A DNA stretch of 64,000 nucleotides from Marsupella aquatica (GCA_973895155.1 OZ316896.1:2232001-2296000), one strand, 5' to 3'. Shown: positions 26,601-40,423, numbered from the stretch's first letter. Made by a program: numbers and translations. The notes: a model not told the origin generated them from the letters alone.

Positions 26601-26867
26601 ACTACAGTACCTGGAGAACAGGTGAGAAAATTATGTCTCTACTTCACTTCTACACTGGAAGATGTGACTGGATCAGGAAAAGGACACCATCGTGGGTCAT
26701 GGTAAAAAAATTGGTCTAATCTCTCAACCTGAAAATGGCTAACTAATCTCTTTACCTTCAAGGAAAGGAAGGACACATGGGTCCTAAAATGCGCCTTCTC
26801 TGACCAAACGAATCCACTCATGGATATACTAACTGTCTTAATACGGTTCTAGAAATACAACAATAAG

Positions 26868-29236
26868 TTAATTCCTGGCAACAAGTGCCTCGACTGCAGT
26901 GATGATTTGATATGGTTGAACTACAGTGAGTTCTTCTAGTGGTCCAGAGTATGGAGTAGGCACATCCTGAGATGAAAGGCACTCGATGGGAGCATCAAGG
27001 TAGTCAAAAAAGTTCTCCATGATGGCGGCCCTCAGACTGGCACCGATTCCACCAGTCCGCATGCACTCCTCCACAATCAACACTTTGTGAGTCTTCTTCA
27101 CGGAGTTTCCAATCGTGAATAGATCAAAGGGCTTCAGAGAACGAATGTCGATAATTTCAGGGTCATAACCTTTGCTCACCAGGGTTTTTGCTGCCTGGAG
27201 CACATGATGTCTCATGCGTGAATATGTGAGAATGGTCACATCTGTACCGGGTCGGACCATTTCTGCCTCTTCGAGATTGCAGATGTATTCTTCATCAGGG
27301 ATGGTCTCCTTCAAGTTGTACAACAGGACATGCTCAAAAAGAATCACAGGGTTTTCACTGCGAATAGCAGCTTTCATGAGACCCTTTGCGTTGTAAGGGG
27401 TGGAGCATGCAACCAACTGCAATCCTGGAACAGACTGAAAATAGGACTCTAAACGTTGAGAGTGTTCTGCCCCAAGTTGCCTGCCCACACCTCCGGGGCC
27501 TCTGATAACACAAGGGATTGTGAATTGTCCACCCGAAGTGTAGTGCAACATACCACAGTTGTTGGAGATTTGGTTATAGGCCAGTAACAAGAAACCCATG
27601 TTCATTCCTTCAATAACTGGCCTCAATCCCGTCATGGCTGCACCAATTGCCATCCCTGTGAAAGAATTTTCGGCGATAGGAGTGTCGAGCAATCTCAAGT
27701 CACCAAATTTCTCGGCAAAGCCTTTGGTCACTTTGTAGGAACCACCGTAATGACCAACATCCTCGCCCATGACACACACGCGTGGGTCGCTCTCCATCTC
27801 CTCCTCCAAGCCCTCGCGTAAAGCTTCATAAAGGAGCAACTCGTGTCTGCATATGGGACGGCCATTAAGGAAGGTAAAGAGAAATGCGAACCAAGAGACA
27901 CGGAATAGACCTAGGCAATCAGTACCAATTTCATGACTTGACAAATCTCACAACTGAACTATGTCAGCTATTGTAAAAAATCTAAGGATGAAAAACGGTA
28001 ATGTGTGCAAGAAAGCTCGGAACTCACCCTGGGCCCTTGGCAGCGGTGCTTGCAGGCGCCTCTTGCTTAGTCTGCCCATAGATAGAACGAGAAAATACAT
28101 GACTACAGAAACTTGAGCGGACAACACATTTAGATCCTAGATCGGTGGAGGCTGAAAAAAATATGATGCAAGCATGGTATTTAGAAAGCTCATGGTGGAA
28201 CAAATTGCTGCCAAAATTCTCCAATAATCAAAGGAAAACATAGAGGTATTCCAAGCATAAACTACAATAGTTGATCGTCTAGGGACATACGGCAACAGCA
28301 TTGGTAGCAATTTTTGGAGTTGAAGGTTTCTTGGCTTGAGCTCCGAAGTTGACGGATTCGTCAACAGATGCTCGTAGAGCGATACATCTCCTTGACTCTG
28401 AGAAGCACACATTAAGAGTGAGTCCAAATTTTCTTCGATCAAGAGACATGAACAAATCCAATCGCTCACAGCGCGCATTGGTAAATTGGACAGGAACGAC
28501 CGAAGCACTGAGAACCAGTATACTCTTGCTAATCAGAAATGATTTCATCCAGACGTGTCATGAAAATAACGTTGAAGGAGCGCATCTATTCTGGGATCAG
28601 CCGCAGCACAGTCCATGCAGGGGGGTGGAAGTCTTGGTAAGACGATCAGAAGAAGAAAAAGTGAAAACATTCCAGCAGTGTTCAGGAAGCAGTGGACAAC
28701 TACTGAAGCCCATGGCACAGATATCTATCAAGCTTAAAGCATCCATGGTGCGGTGCTAGAATAGGACAACTCTCACAACAAGACGCATAGCCAACCTATT
28801 TGAAGAAATAAAAACATCCAAACCTCCACACTTGACACAATCTAGAGAGAATTCACGAGCCTTCATTTATTCTCCAACGAATTTAAAATCCAATCCCAAC
28901 TCTCTCAGCAAACCCAGAAACAGCACCGTGAGGAGAACAACTTCAAGACATTGAACTTAACTCCACTCCGCTTAGCAGATACAAGCGAAGTAACGAAAAA
29001 CCCACTCTACTACCCACGCATGAAGCAAACAACCTCACCGTCAAGACCAAAACAAGTTCCTAGCAGACAGAAAACCTACACACCACTTAGGTCAGAGACG
29101 AGATCATACTCAGGGCAGGCAGAGAGGCCGACGACGTCTGAATGCTGCATGCATTGAACGAAGACGACGCCGAGGAGAGCGGCACAGCAGCAGCAGCTGC
29201 CACGGCTCCGGACATAATCCCTTGCACCACCGCCAT
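26868..29236 (-). CDS. pdhB: pyruvate dehydrogenase E1 beta subunit, plastid-targeted (exons 29236-29110, 28397-28291, 28071-28028, 27846-26868; 418 aa)
   Basis: [37 protein letters not shown] and [13 protein letters not shown] are plastid/cyanobacterial-type E1-beta motifs. Three GT-AG introns with matching phases. Ala/Ser-rich transit peptide ([27 protein letters not shown]). Confidence 0.96.
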
Positions 29237-29769
29237 TTCGACACAAACTCGTCACGCGACTAAAAACCTAGCTGCTCTGCTGCTCTGCTCCTCCTTTCGT
29301 GCCTCTTCTCCTCTTTTCCAAATCAGCAACCAACCCACCAAATCCTGCCGCTCAAGCTCGCATTCCTTCCTCGCCTTCGCAGCTCCAACAAATTCCCACA
29401 CTGGTGCGGAGAGCGTCGCCTCTGATGCAATTCATAGACTGGCACGAGAGCCTCTGTTCCTCAGTCCCTCCCTTTGCTTTTCTTGGAAGAGCCGGAGGGA
29501 GTCGCAGAATGACGGACGGCACGAGGCTGAGAGCTGTCTTGGACGTACACGGCCCTAGAGTGTTCGGCCCTTAAAACCCCCGTCACTGCCCCGGGAGAAG
29601 GCATCTTCTCCGTCCGTGGGATTCCCTCGATTCCGTCGACATGGAACCGCACGCTCTGCTCCTCACATTCTTTTGTCCTCTCAACGAACCTGACGAAGAG
29701 AGTACGGTAACGTGTTCAGCATTTAATAGTGTTTTGTACCTCATTTGATTTTGAGTGATTATTGACTTG

Positions 29770-30110
29770 AAACTGTTATAGCCGGTTCTCCTGCTGGAAT
29801 GAAAAAAAGTTATGAAGGTCACTGGAGGCCTAAACTGCTACAACCTTCTCCTGCTGGCCTGCTGGAATGAAAAAAAGTTATGGGTGTCACTAGAGGCCTT
29901 AACTGTTACAACCGGTTCTCCTGCTGGAATCAAAAAAAGTTATGAGTGTCACTATAGGCCTTTGAACCCATCTTTGGGAGATGCTGAAATAAAAAAAAGT
30001 TCTTAGTGTGTAGAGGTGTCTGAACCCCACTTTTGGGAGATTATGTGTGTAAACTCTGTTGAAATAAAAAAGTTCTTAGTGCAAGTAGAGGTGTCTGAAC
30101 CCTACTTTTT
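29770..30110. repeat. ~60-70 bp tandem repeat (about 5 degenerate units) upstream of the PDH gene
   Basis: Recurrent CCGGTTCTCCTGCTGGAAT(G/C)AAAAAAAGTTATG..GTCACT.GAGGCC, grading into GAAATAAAAAAGTTCTTAGTG..TAGAGGTGTCTGAACCC. Confidence 0.75.
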
Positions 30111-30659
30111 GGGGGGGATGTGTGTCAAAAAGGTCACCGTAAGTTTTGAACCCAATACCTGAGTCGCCCCACTCGCGCTATACCAGTAGCCCATGGATTG
30201 AAGGATGCTCATGACAGTCTTTTCTAGGTTTTGACGGCATTGAACCTGCAAACTACCGGCTACTGGCAGCCACCGGATAATGGAGCTGGCACAACACGAC
30301 AGCATTTAATGTGCATCCCTTGATTTATAGAAGGAAAATAATAGAGTAACATTACATGTTACCAGTACTTGGAGTGTAGATAATAACTCAGGCTTTCACT
30401 ATCTTTTGGAGGGCTGGATAGGGAGTTGGTCTTAGGACTTCTAGTCAAATCCTTTTTCCTTACCCTCCTATGTTGTTCGCCCAGGAGCACAGCATTTCAG
30501 TATGCGGTTTGGTGGGGCTTTGGTTCTTTGGCCGGTAGGGCCATTTGGCTTTTAGACCTCTTTGTCTTTTTGGCTCCTGGGTTTTCCCGATTTTTTTCAG
30601 GTTTTTGGCTTTTGGGATCATGTCTCCCAGTTACATGTTTTTGTTCCCTTTTTTGCAGT

Positions 30660-32340
30660 TATATTTATCTCAGTTTAAATATTACACCGCAAAGTGTCTC
30701 AATTTTCAATGAAACGGAATTGGATTCTATTAGATTCAATGGAAAGATCCCCTTTGACTCCAGAGTATTACTGGTTTTTCAGTTTTGTGGCTCAGGAGTG
30801 CTTTAGGTTTTAGTTGTCAGTTGTGGAGGACTCTTAGGCTTTGAGAAACTGACAAAACCATAATATTGCACGTTAATTTATTCGGACAACATATTCTATC
30901 ATAAAGTGCCTTAATTCTCAATGAATTGAAGTTTGAGTGTATTAGGCTCAATGGAAGCATCCCATTCCACTCCAGCTAAATTTAACAAGCACAAATAGAA
31001 AGATTCCATCTCTACTCTGAAGCATTGCTAGGGTTTCAGTTTTCCGCCAAGTAGAGTTTTAGGTTTTAGGTTTTAGCTTGTGTTGCAGAGGACTTGTGCT
31101 AGGACTCTGAGGCTTTCAGAAAATGATGAAGACCGTAACATTGCTCGCGCGGGGGGGGGGGGGGTCACTATATGGAGGGCCATACATAGCGTGCAATGTT
31201 TTAGGGTTTGACCCCCTAAGTAACTTATAAGTGATTTGTTTTTTGTTGCAAAACCCTTTCTTTCTTTCTTTAAAATTTGCCATTTTTTACTTAAAAACCC
31301 CTTAAAACTTAAAAGACTGAAAGTATTTTTTATAATTAAAAAGGCCTAAGTATGTGTTCTTTAAAGCCAAACAGTCAATAAAATATGCCCTATTTGTTCT
31401 TCCACAGAACTTTGAAAGTCTTCTATCACACCCATTTAAATGGACCTATACTTCGTTGCACGGGATGTGCCACTTTGGTGGAAGTGACCCCCAATAACAT
31501 TGCACATTAGTATATATTACTCACACTACATATTGCATAGTAAAGTGTCTTAATTCTCAATGAAGTGGAGTTTGATTGTTTTAGGCTTAATGGAAAGATA
31601 CCATTTTATTCGGGAGCTTTTCCTAGGCTTTAGTGGAAAGAGTCCATTTCTACTCTGGAGGTTTACAAGGCTTTGCTTCTCATTAGGGTTTTAGGTTTTA
31701 GTTTTCAGTTGGGGAGGACTATTGCTAGGAATTTTAGGGCTGTCTTGCATGTAGTACTTTCTCAGTTTTGTGGCCCTCAATTCTCCCAAAACTGCTGGGA
31801 AAAAGTTGTGAGGGATGCACCTACTTGTCACTGGGCCAGCCACCTTGAGGTGCAAAATGCAATGTGAGTCAATTTGTTGTATTCAAGTTTCATAGGTTGG
31901 GACTTCAAGAGCCATAAAGTTTCCGGCCTTTGCCCTTCAGTCTCCACTTTCATTGCCGCAAAGCCTGGCTACTGAGGGGTTTCAGGCATGTAATTTTCTA
32001 GGTATAATATGATTTCTGACAGTCAATTTAGGGCAGCTGAGAGGGCAGCAAAACTGAGGCCTACTACGTACAAGTCAACCCTAGGCTCTTTTGGCTCAGT
32101 CTTTGGTGTCTTGGAGTTTTTCCTTTATTTTCGCTCCTTTATCAGGTTCCCTGCCTCTGGGATCATGTCTCCCAGTTGGGCACTTTTTGTCTTTCGGTGG
32201 TGTGATATATATTCTACCAACCAAAATCAATTGGGCTCCATTGGATACAACCAGAGAAAGTCATCTTTGGAAATTTGTAGGTCTCTCAATTCTCAATGAA
32301 ATTTGACTACATTAGGTTTGTTGGAAAGATCTTCCCAAGC
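30660..32340. repeat. degenerate tandem/dispersed repeat (about 4 copies)
   Basis: AATTCTCAATGAA...ATTAGG.TCAATGGAAAGAT-like blocks near 30690, 30903, 31541 and 32281. Confidence 0.6.
31144..31494. mobile_element. MITE with 8-bp TSD (same family as 61601-61897)
   Basis: TAACATTG duplicated at 31136-31143 and 31495-31502. Ends CTCG..GGGGTCACTATATGG / GGAAGTGACCCCC. Confidence 0.75.
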
Positions 32341-33419
32341 CCTTTTCTACCAACCACAAACAATGAGATTCCATTGGAAATTGAGGGAGTTAGTCATCGT
32401 TGGTGGTTGTAGGAAAAAGCTACTGGTTACTATACCTTGCAATGGGAAAGCAGAAATAGTGGCTGCTTAGAACTCTTCCAAAAATTGGCTCCTTAGAAAG
32501 CTTTTTTGATTATCTAAAGTTTGAGTTGTAGTTGATTCTCTGAATTATAATATTGGTGTGAACAAATTGCTGAACTGTTTTCTTGTTTTTCGTTAACAAT
32601 TGACAGGGAGTGGAATTCTCGTTCCTAGTAAAACCACCAGTGTCAATTTTCAAAACCTGGTCTATGCAGGCCATTAACATTAGTCATTAATGTTCTTAAC
32701 AAAGTAAAAAAGTGAGGGTCAAGTAACTATCTTGTCCTCCCACAACTTTGGGAGGGGTATCCATTTTCAGAACTTGGGTGGATCCATGTCACCAAAGTAA
32801 AAAAGTGAACATTTTTTTCTCCCATAGTTCAGGACAGTGGCACTTTAAACTATCACCTATGACAAAAACTTGGTTTCACCATAAATAGTATCTTTTACTA
32901 GATTTGTGAATCAATATGGAATGAGAGAAGAGAAGAATGACAGGAAAGTGAAAAAGGGAGAAATCTTTAATGGACACTTCCCTCTTTTATATGGCTAGTG
33001 GCGAACACTTGAAAAACTTTTTGGCAAAGCATCTTCCAATAAGTGCGCTTTTGGCTGACAAAACGATGAGAAGACTGAAAGCAAAAAACTGTTTTGAATG
33101 TAATGGTGTCCTGTCTGCAGGGCATTGTGGGCCATATGAGGGGTTTGAGGGGCTCTTCCTGTGGGGAAAAATCAAGAAATTTTATCAGAAAAGTGCTCGT
33201 CTCTAATAGCGAAGGGATTGATGTGGGTCATATCACGATAATTGTCACAAGTCGACAGTGTGGTCAGCTAACTAGTCTCGCATTGAGGCAGTTGAAGCTT
33301 CTCATTTTGCAATGTTTGCAATTCAATCTCATCTTGTTTCACATTCTCGACTCTCAATCTCATCTTGTTTCACATTCTCGACTCTCGAGCTAGAAATAGT
33401 AGAGCTACACAGCATTTTT

Positions 33420-33740
33420 CTAATGGAACAAATTTGTCAAATTCCACCTTCCCAAAAATTTGCTAGTATTTTTTGTTCTCATTAGAGAGTGTGCCATCTA
33501 ATCACAAGTCCCATTAGCCAGAATCTAACGGTCATCCTTAAATCTAGGGAGATCTGACCCTCAAGAAAATAATCAGAGAAATAATATTTTGAGCATCTTC
33601 TCCTTCACAGGTCATCCTTAAATCTAGGGAGATCAATCTAGGGAGATCTGACCCTCACGAAAATAATCAGAGAAATTATATTTTGAGCATCTTCTCCTTC
33701 ACACACACAGTGTACATTTGCCACGCGAAAAAGTAAAAAC
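33420..33740 (+). repeat. outlying copy of the satellite-like family with internal duplication
   Basis: GGTCATCCTTAAATCTAGGGAGATC...GAGCATCTTCTCCTTCACA occurs twice and matches the 15828-18520 family. Confidence 0.7.
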
Positions 33741-35667
33741 TACACTGGAGCTACCGTAGGATTTCCGTGTATTCATTTTGCAAATTCATGGTTACACATT
33801 CCCAACGATGACCAATTTCATTGTGTTTCACAATCTCAACTCTCGAGCTAGGATTTCCCTGTATTCATTTAGGAACACGCACCTACTAAGGATGGAAATA
33901 CCAGTCGTACTATCTCTTTTGCATAGAAGTAGTGCTTTCCAGTCCATCGCATAGAGCTTCTTTCGGTGTCTCAATTTTCTTTCTGGCGATACTTCATGTA
34001 ACGAAGGATGCTCACCTGCTACAATCACACGAATTTGTACTGAGGTGCATCCAAACCTGAGATCATGTTATAAAATGTAGGATGGCCCATTCATTCTTCA
34101 AAAATCGGCCGCGCATCATGGATACAGATGTTCAATGGTTTTCCATCGAGTGAAATCTGTGCCATTTCATCGTCAAACTCTTGGTCGTATCTATCTACCG
34201 AAACCTTTTTTATTGGTGAGCTTCTTCGGTCTTGAGACGCGGAGTCCCGGCTTTCAGCTTATAACTTTTCAAAACCTACAGAATCTTGAGGCGTACCTAC
34301 GAACTTAATCGACAGGAGAAACGAGCAGGGCGGGCTTTTATGTCGATTTTGCAATGATGTGGTCTGAATTCCTTGCTAGGCCTCAATGGCTCCCTTGGTT
34401 GTTTATGTTCTGCTATTTTAGCTAGCAACAACTAAGGCAATCATCCTTCGCTACGCAACATATGATCGCCTTGCTTGTCCAGACACGGCTTTAATCAGAT
34501 CACTGAGCACTTGCACAATCGCAACCTTTATTGAACCCTCTACAAACGAGGATTCGTAGTTCCCATGATCTCCATCTTCAATTTTACGCTTTGTAACGAC
34601 AGGCAGCGATAGGAAGTATGTGCCGTGGCTACTGCGGGTACAACAAGTAAACGCCTCGATTACTTGTGACAATTGATACGGGTATAATAAGTAAACGCCT
34701 CGATTACTTGTGATATTGGTATATCCACCAACAACGGTCAATACAAAAAGTTGCGTCCACATGATTTCAACGCGCTTACTGAACTGTACTTATGTACATC
34801 CAAGCTTCAATTAATTCTTTCATAGTTCAGGCAGTCAGTTTGCGGGAAACGAATTAAACTAGAATACATCAACTTATTAGTCAACCTAGACCGGCCTGCG
34901 GAAAGCGGATGCAGCAGCTTTCTAACCTAAGAAGACTTCCTTGGGCTCTCGAACAACTGTAGTTTATCCAGCAATGATAGGAGGGAACTTACGAAGTACT
35001 CTACGAGACTTGGCGTTTCCCACTTTTGGCTTGGTCCTGACCGTGAAGAGAAATATTGGCACTGAGGTCTATCGGGATTCCGTAATTCCGCAGTCCTTCC
35101 CGGAAAGAGACCTTTTCACTTGGGGATTTAATGTGTCCATGCCATACTCAAGTCGATCTGGGTTGATGGTCGCACATAACAGGCCTTTGAACAAAGAAAA
35201 CACATACGTGCAGGGATGGAGTTTCCGAATTTGGAGTATGACGTTTGTTTTCGTCACGCGCTTACCGCACTTGGAAAGAAAGTCTGCGCAAATTTGCTGT
35301 AGTCCGTCCCCAGCGGCTTGTGGAACCTTTCAAACCCCGGAAGCCTCAACTCTACGTCGATCAATCCACACGGTAACTAGAGGAATTCCTTTCCGCGTTC
35401 GCAGATGAAGCACGACCTGCAGACGAAACCATATATATACCCGTGACGCTGCACTTAGGAGTGCAAGTGTATCAATCATTGCGAATCATAGTACGTGAAG
35501 CAACACGTCGGTGAAACGAAACTCGAATCTGAACAATCTCAATCGCTGAACTGCAAGTGGGGAGGTTCTATCGGATCTGAACGTGGGAAGAAAGACGATT
35601 TTGCTCGACCGTCGGCCAAGTGGCAGCTAATTAAATTTACAAATAGCCATCGAGAACTGTCTGCAGG

Positions 35668-35964
35668 ATGGGGTGTTTCTCTAGCAAGCCATCGTATGGC
35701 TCCGCTCACCATGCGGGGAACAAAAGAAGGGCAGGATCAGGGACATCCGCATCGTCTGGCTACGCTCACCGTGCACGTAAGACAATAAGATCAGGAGGAG
35801 GAACTTCCACAGGCATATTTTTCGCCTCTTCTTATACCTCTGGAGGCGATGGTGGAGGTGGAGGTGGCGGGGGTGGATGCGGAGGTGGAGGTGGAGGTGG
35901 CGGGGGTGGATGCGGAGGTGGAGGCGGCGGGGGTGGGGGTGGATGTGGAGGTGGAGGCGGATAG
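35668..35964 (+). CDS. small glycine-rich protein with N-terminal MGCxSSK acylation motif (98 aa)
   Basis: Intact ORF with TATATATA at ~35432 and a likely 5'-UTR intron GTACGT(35491)..CTGCAG(35666). C-terminal (G)nC(G)n repeats use varied Gly codons. Confidence 0.7.
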   Translation: MGCFSSKPSYGSAHHAGNKRRAGSGTSASSGYAHRARKTIRSGGGTSTGIFFASSYTSGGDGGGGGGGGGCGGGGGGGGGGCGGGGGGGGGGCGGGGG

Positions 35965-38094
35965 ATGCTAGGTTCTGATCGTAATTGATCGATTATTCTT
36001 GTCATGAATCCTGATCGAGTAGAGTGATCGATCCAGCTCAGGCCATCAGAAATGAAACTAGGCGATTCCAAGCCAAGAGCTAGTAAGTCTTTCGTAGAAC
36101 ATTGGCAGTTGTAGTTCTGCAGGCACTAGAGGCGTTGTAGGCACAATTGATGCTTTGGAATCAAGTATGCACTAGCCGGGGCACAAGCTCTGTAAATTAA
36201 ACCATGCATCTTGCTATTTTGCACTGAAGTTTGAACTCAAAAAATCTGGGAACCATTTGTCCCCTTCGACCACTTTTTTACAACAAGCGATACAGTCTAG
36301 GTGGAACTTAATAGTTAGATGAATTTACGACGAAAACCAGAGAAACGGCTCGAAATATTTCGCTGCAATTATAATCCTAATCCAGTCAAACATCCTGACT
36401 TTACAAAATTACACTAGGACCAGCTATTCAGATATATTACTTGGGGAGATACTTAGCTTGTCACGTTGGATCAATTTACTTGAGTTCAATTCCTCAAGTG
36501 ATCATCCTTTACTCTATGGGGAGTATTCCGAATATCCTCCCGACCCCTAATATATATATGTAATGACATTGATCTCGACTATGTTCAATTCTTGTACTAA
36601 ATCTTCAATTCTTCTAGCTGGAGCTTAAATTTTGAACTCACCTCCTAAACTTCAATCTATCTGCAAAATCTTTAACTCTGAATTTTCAATTCGTGTGCTA
36701 ATCTTCAGTTCGTGTGGTTTTAGTCGAGTGCTCTAAAAGCCAATTCACACGTACCCCAGTTCCAGGAATAGTTAGTCGAGTAGTTAGTGTGTTGCTTTAG
36801 AGTGTTTTGCAACAGTATAAAGAAACACCATAAGAACAGGCCGTCAGAGCATTCCCACTAGAATTCCCACGCGTGCCCAAAAGCAGTACTTGCGAGGTAT
36901 TGCATGATTCAAGCAGACAGGAATTTTTGATAGCGAGTAGGTCTTGCTAATTAGCAAGTCACAAGTGGTTCTGATATCATTTTATTTTTGTTGATTTTTG
37001 TATATCTAGTGCATTTATTGACTCTATATGGCTAGCAAATGAGGGTTTCTTTTCTCCTTTCTTCTCAGTGAAGACAAACTGAGTGAGAGACAACCCAAAA
37101 TTTCTGATTGTATTGTCGCAGCATGAGTTAGGATGGAGAAAGTTTAGCAGTTGTCCTGCGCATGAAATCCCTCCAATGGCGTGCATCTTGAGCTCGAGCC
37201 AACATGTTTTTTTTCCGAAATTAAAACTTATATATCTGGATCAAAAATCTTCGATTTATATATCTGGATCTTATAAGCTCGAGCCAGATATGATTTTGAT
37301 CCGATATATAAACCCTAAACCGCTTTCTAAACACACAAGATCGGTTAAATCAACGGGATGAGACAACTCGTCGTTGATGTCTCAGAGAGCATCAAGGACG
37401 TGCCGGGACAAAGATGTCAGCTCCTTCCTTTGCTTGCTTGCTTGATTGTTTCCCTTTCCGAATGCACTTGCAGCATATATTTGACTGTAAAGGATTTTTG
37501 TAACTGGATCAATGGTTAGTCCCATAACTTCTCCTTTTGGCTGCCAAAGTAGCCGGCTAACCAACGAGCGAGGAGCGGATTTGACAACCAAAAGAGTTGA
37601 CATGTGCATAGCCAGACATCGAGTTACAACTACCAGTATTTATAATCACTGTGTACTTGGATTGATTTGAGACTGCTGCTTTCAAATCCCTTCACCTGCC
37701 TGCTTGTTCCATTTTGTGCTGCACAGTTAGCGACACCTACGTAAGGAATTCCATAACTTCATCAATGGTTAGCTAATGCAGCGGACTTACTCAAGGGTAC
37801 GTACGAAGCACGAAGCTGATTTTCCACCAGAGATCTAGTAACAATGATCAGAATTGGTAAGCATATAGTGCCAGCGGGTGAACCCGGAGACAAAATAGGA
37901 TACACTTTACTTGGACTGAGTCCATGAAGCATCCAAACTCCCAATCATGGATTGTGGACAGCTTTTACACTTCACTCATTTGCAAACCATATTCTCATTT
38001 GCAAAAAGATTTCAATAGCAAATTTTATTTCAATGTCTCATTTGATATCCAATGGCATCAATTCTTTTTCAACAACTGCCGTCCAAAGAGGCAT

Positions 38095-38215
38095 GGCATG
38101 ATTTTGTGATAGCTCACTTGAGTAGAGATTGATAAGTCATGGGTTCAACTTTTGTGGTTGACTCTTCCCTTTGTGTGGGGTTTCACAGACTTTCCCTTAA
38201 AAAAAAAAAAAAAAA
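38095..38215 (+). mobile_element. tRNA-derived SINE, copy 2
   Basis: TAGCTCACTTGAGTAGAG, GGGTTCAACT, body shared with the 19350 copy (GGTTGACTCTTCCCTT..TGTGGGGTTTCACA), poly(A) tail. Confidence 0.7.
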
Positions 38216-38959
38216 CCTTTTAAAACTTGTTAGAAGAGATTTGGAAAGATCTTCTCAATTATTCTAATATCTTTAGTTTTCATGATGAATTGAGACACTA
38301 GTGAATTTCTAAACATATATACTCCACCACTGGTAGTCCACACTTCCAGTTTTTTGAAAGTTTCTGAACAAGTAAGTATCATGTTTTGGGGATCATTAGA
38401 ACTGCTTGGATACACTTTCGAACCAACTTAAGATGGTCAAATATACTGTAAAATTGAGAGACATACATGTAAATATCATATAAAAACTAGCCCCAATTAC
38501 CAGTTCTTTGAAGGTGAATAGCGGATTGGACAATAAAAATATTACCAAAATATATTCTCTATTCATATTCTTTGAAGTTTAATGAAATGATAAAAACCTA
38601 TCATTTTAATAGTCATATATAGTAAACCATTCTCCTTTGTATGCATATCCTTCTTTGTATGCACATATGTTGTGGTGGGGCCATAGTGCCTATTTTTTGA
38701 ATATATATTTTAGAAATTATCACAAAAAACTTGCATCATGTATGAATTGACATACATCACACTCATGAGTTTTTTCCATGCACATGATGACCATAGAGTT
38801 ATGGTCTAAAGGTTTCACTCTAGACCTAAGCTCTTAAAAGTAGACTTCACTTGACACTTTTATAGTAAGATGAGGGCCTGTAAATTTCCCAAAAATGCTT
38901 TAATTAATTTTCTTGCCACAGTTCTGTACTTATGAAGGTCTATCTTGTACTTGTTACAT

Positions 38960-39440
38960 TTTACTCAACTACTGGACCACGGTTGCGTTCCCATTGGCTG
39001 TCACGCAACCATAGTCGCCCCGATCCCTATCCTTCACATCTGATGTTCAGCCTCGAAGTATTACAGCTCAAAATAATGCCAACATTCTGGTGTTGTTTCC
39101 CCAAAGAAAACCAGGGCTGTGACTTTGGCCCAGTTAGGGCCCAGTTAGGAGTTGAATTGGGTTCAAGTGGGGCCCTGATGGTTGCTTTGCACTTTGTGCT
39201 CAATAGGTGTTGGGCATGGCTACCTTAGGGCCATCTTGCATGTGCAAGGTCCTTTGATTTTTGGCCCTCAAATGAACCCGTGGCATCTCTAAACCAAGCT
39301 ACAAGCGGGCAGTCCTGATGGCGTCTTTGGAGGATATGCAGCCGTGGTCAATATTTGGGTTAAAAGTAACTGGATAAGGTTTGGGGGCCAAGGTTTATAA
39401 GAACGATCAGTTTCGGGGGGTAGTTTAGTAATATGCTGAA
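38960..39440. mobile_element. non-autonomous TIR element, inverted homologue of 52481-53012
   Basis: TTTCCCCAAAGAAAACCAGGGCTGTGACTT...GGGTTCAAGTGGGGCCCTGATGGTTGC is the reverse complement of sequence in 52720-52800. One TIR retained at 39391-39437. Confidence 0.7.
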
Positions 39441-39507
39441 ATTTAATTCTATATCACTAGACTCGTATTCGTCGTCTTCTAGCTCACGCAAGATGAAGCA
39501 TTTTCAC

Positions 39508-39614
39508 GAAAGGATTTCATTGAGCTGAGAAGGATTTCAAGGAGCTGAGAAGGATTTCAAGGAGCTGAAAAGGATTTCGTTGAGCTGAGAAGGATTTCAA
39601 GGAGCTTCGAAGGA
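39508..39614. repeat. 20-bp minisatellite, about 5 copies
   Basis: (G/A)AAGGATTTC(AAG/ATT/GTT)GAGCTGA in tandem. Confidence 0.9.
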
Positions 39615-40423
39615 CAATCAGTGAACCCAGGATACGGAGTGAACTCAGGACACGCTACAGCACAACACTGGTGAGTCTCGGCTTTCAATTTAGGGCTCTC
39701 GGAGATGTACGCAGATGTTTTTCGGCAAAGGTGCTTAAGAGTGGCGATTTATAGGAAGTGAATTCGTGATCGAGTAGACGATTTCTAACGATAGCGGAAT
39801 TGGTTTAATTATTAGGGGATGTCAATTTTTGCGATGCCAATGGATCGCCTGAGGATCGGGGGCATTGCAGGATCGCTGTGATGTGAAAGATTCTTGACGT
39901 TCAGGTTAAAACAGATTGCAGGTGTGGATCGGCAATTTCCTTTAGGTCTTGCGCAATTCTCAGCTTCAAGATTGGAGAGAGAGTTCACAGCGCATGATAA
40001 ATAAAGGATGGAGCATCAATGCAAAGGTGGATGAAAGATAGGATGTAAAGGTCTAAAAAATGGTGCAAAAACGAGGAGCGAAAGGGAACCCTAAAGAGAC
40101 TACAGCACAACCTAAGCCCATAAGGTCGACTGATGAAGGGCTCCCTTTTTAATGGGTATCGCTACGAACGATTGTAGAGAAGATCTGCGACTTCACAGAG
40201 AAAAATGAAGGCGTCTTCACAGAGAGGGCGTCCAGATCCCCCTGCGTCATTCACGATTCCAATGTCTGATCACCGTTGTCCAATTATTCGGCTTTTGCTC
40301 ACAGTAATTGCTCATCGCGACAGGTTTTGTGATGTTATTCTCTCCCAAGTAAGGACCCAGAAGACTTGCTGAAAATCAGAGCGGAACATCGATTGCGAAT
40401 AGAGAGGTAGGAAAAACTTGGCA

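Noticed and set aside
27847-27944. N-terminal 33 aa of the listed 358-aa ORF
   Set aside because: Intron sequence; the real N-terminus comes from three upstream exons.
31020-31710. Interstitial telomere (TAGGGTTT-like words)
   Set aside because: Only scattered single units within a degenerate repeat, with no tandem TTTAGGG run.
33830-34280. Minus-strand gene remnant (DRYDQEFDDEMAQISLDGKPLNICIHDARP)
   Set aside because: Multiple stops and no recognisable family; cannot be distinguished from chance.
35832-36071. Minus-strand polyproline/extensin-like ORF
   Set aside because: Antisense of the Gly-rich gene, whose strand has the TATA box, intron and acylation motif; no signal peptide.
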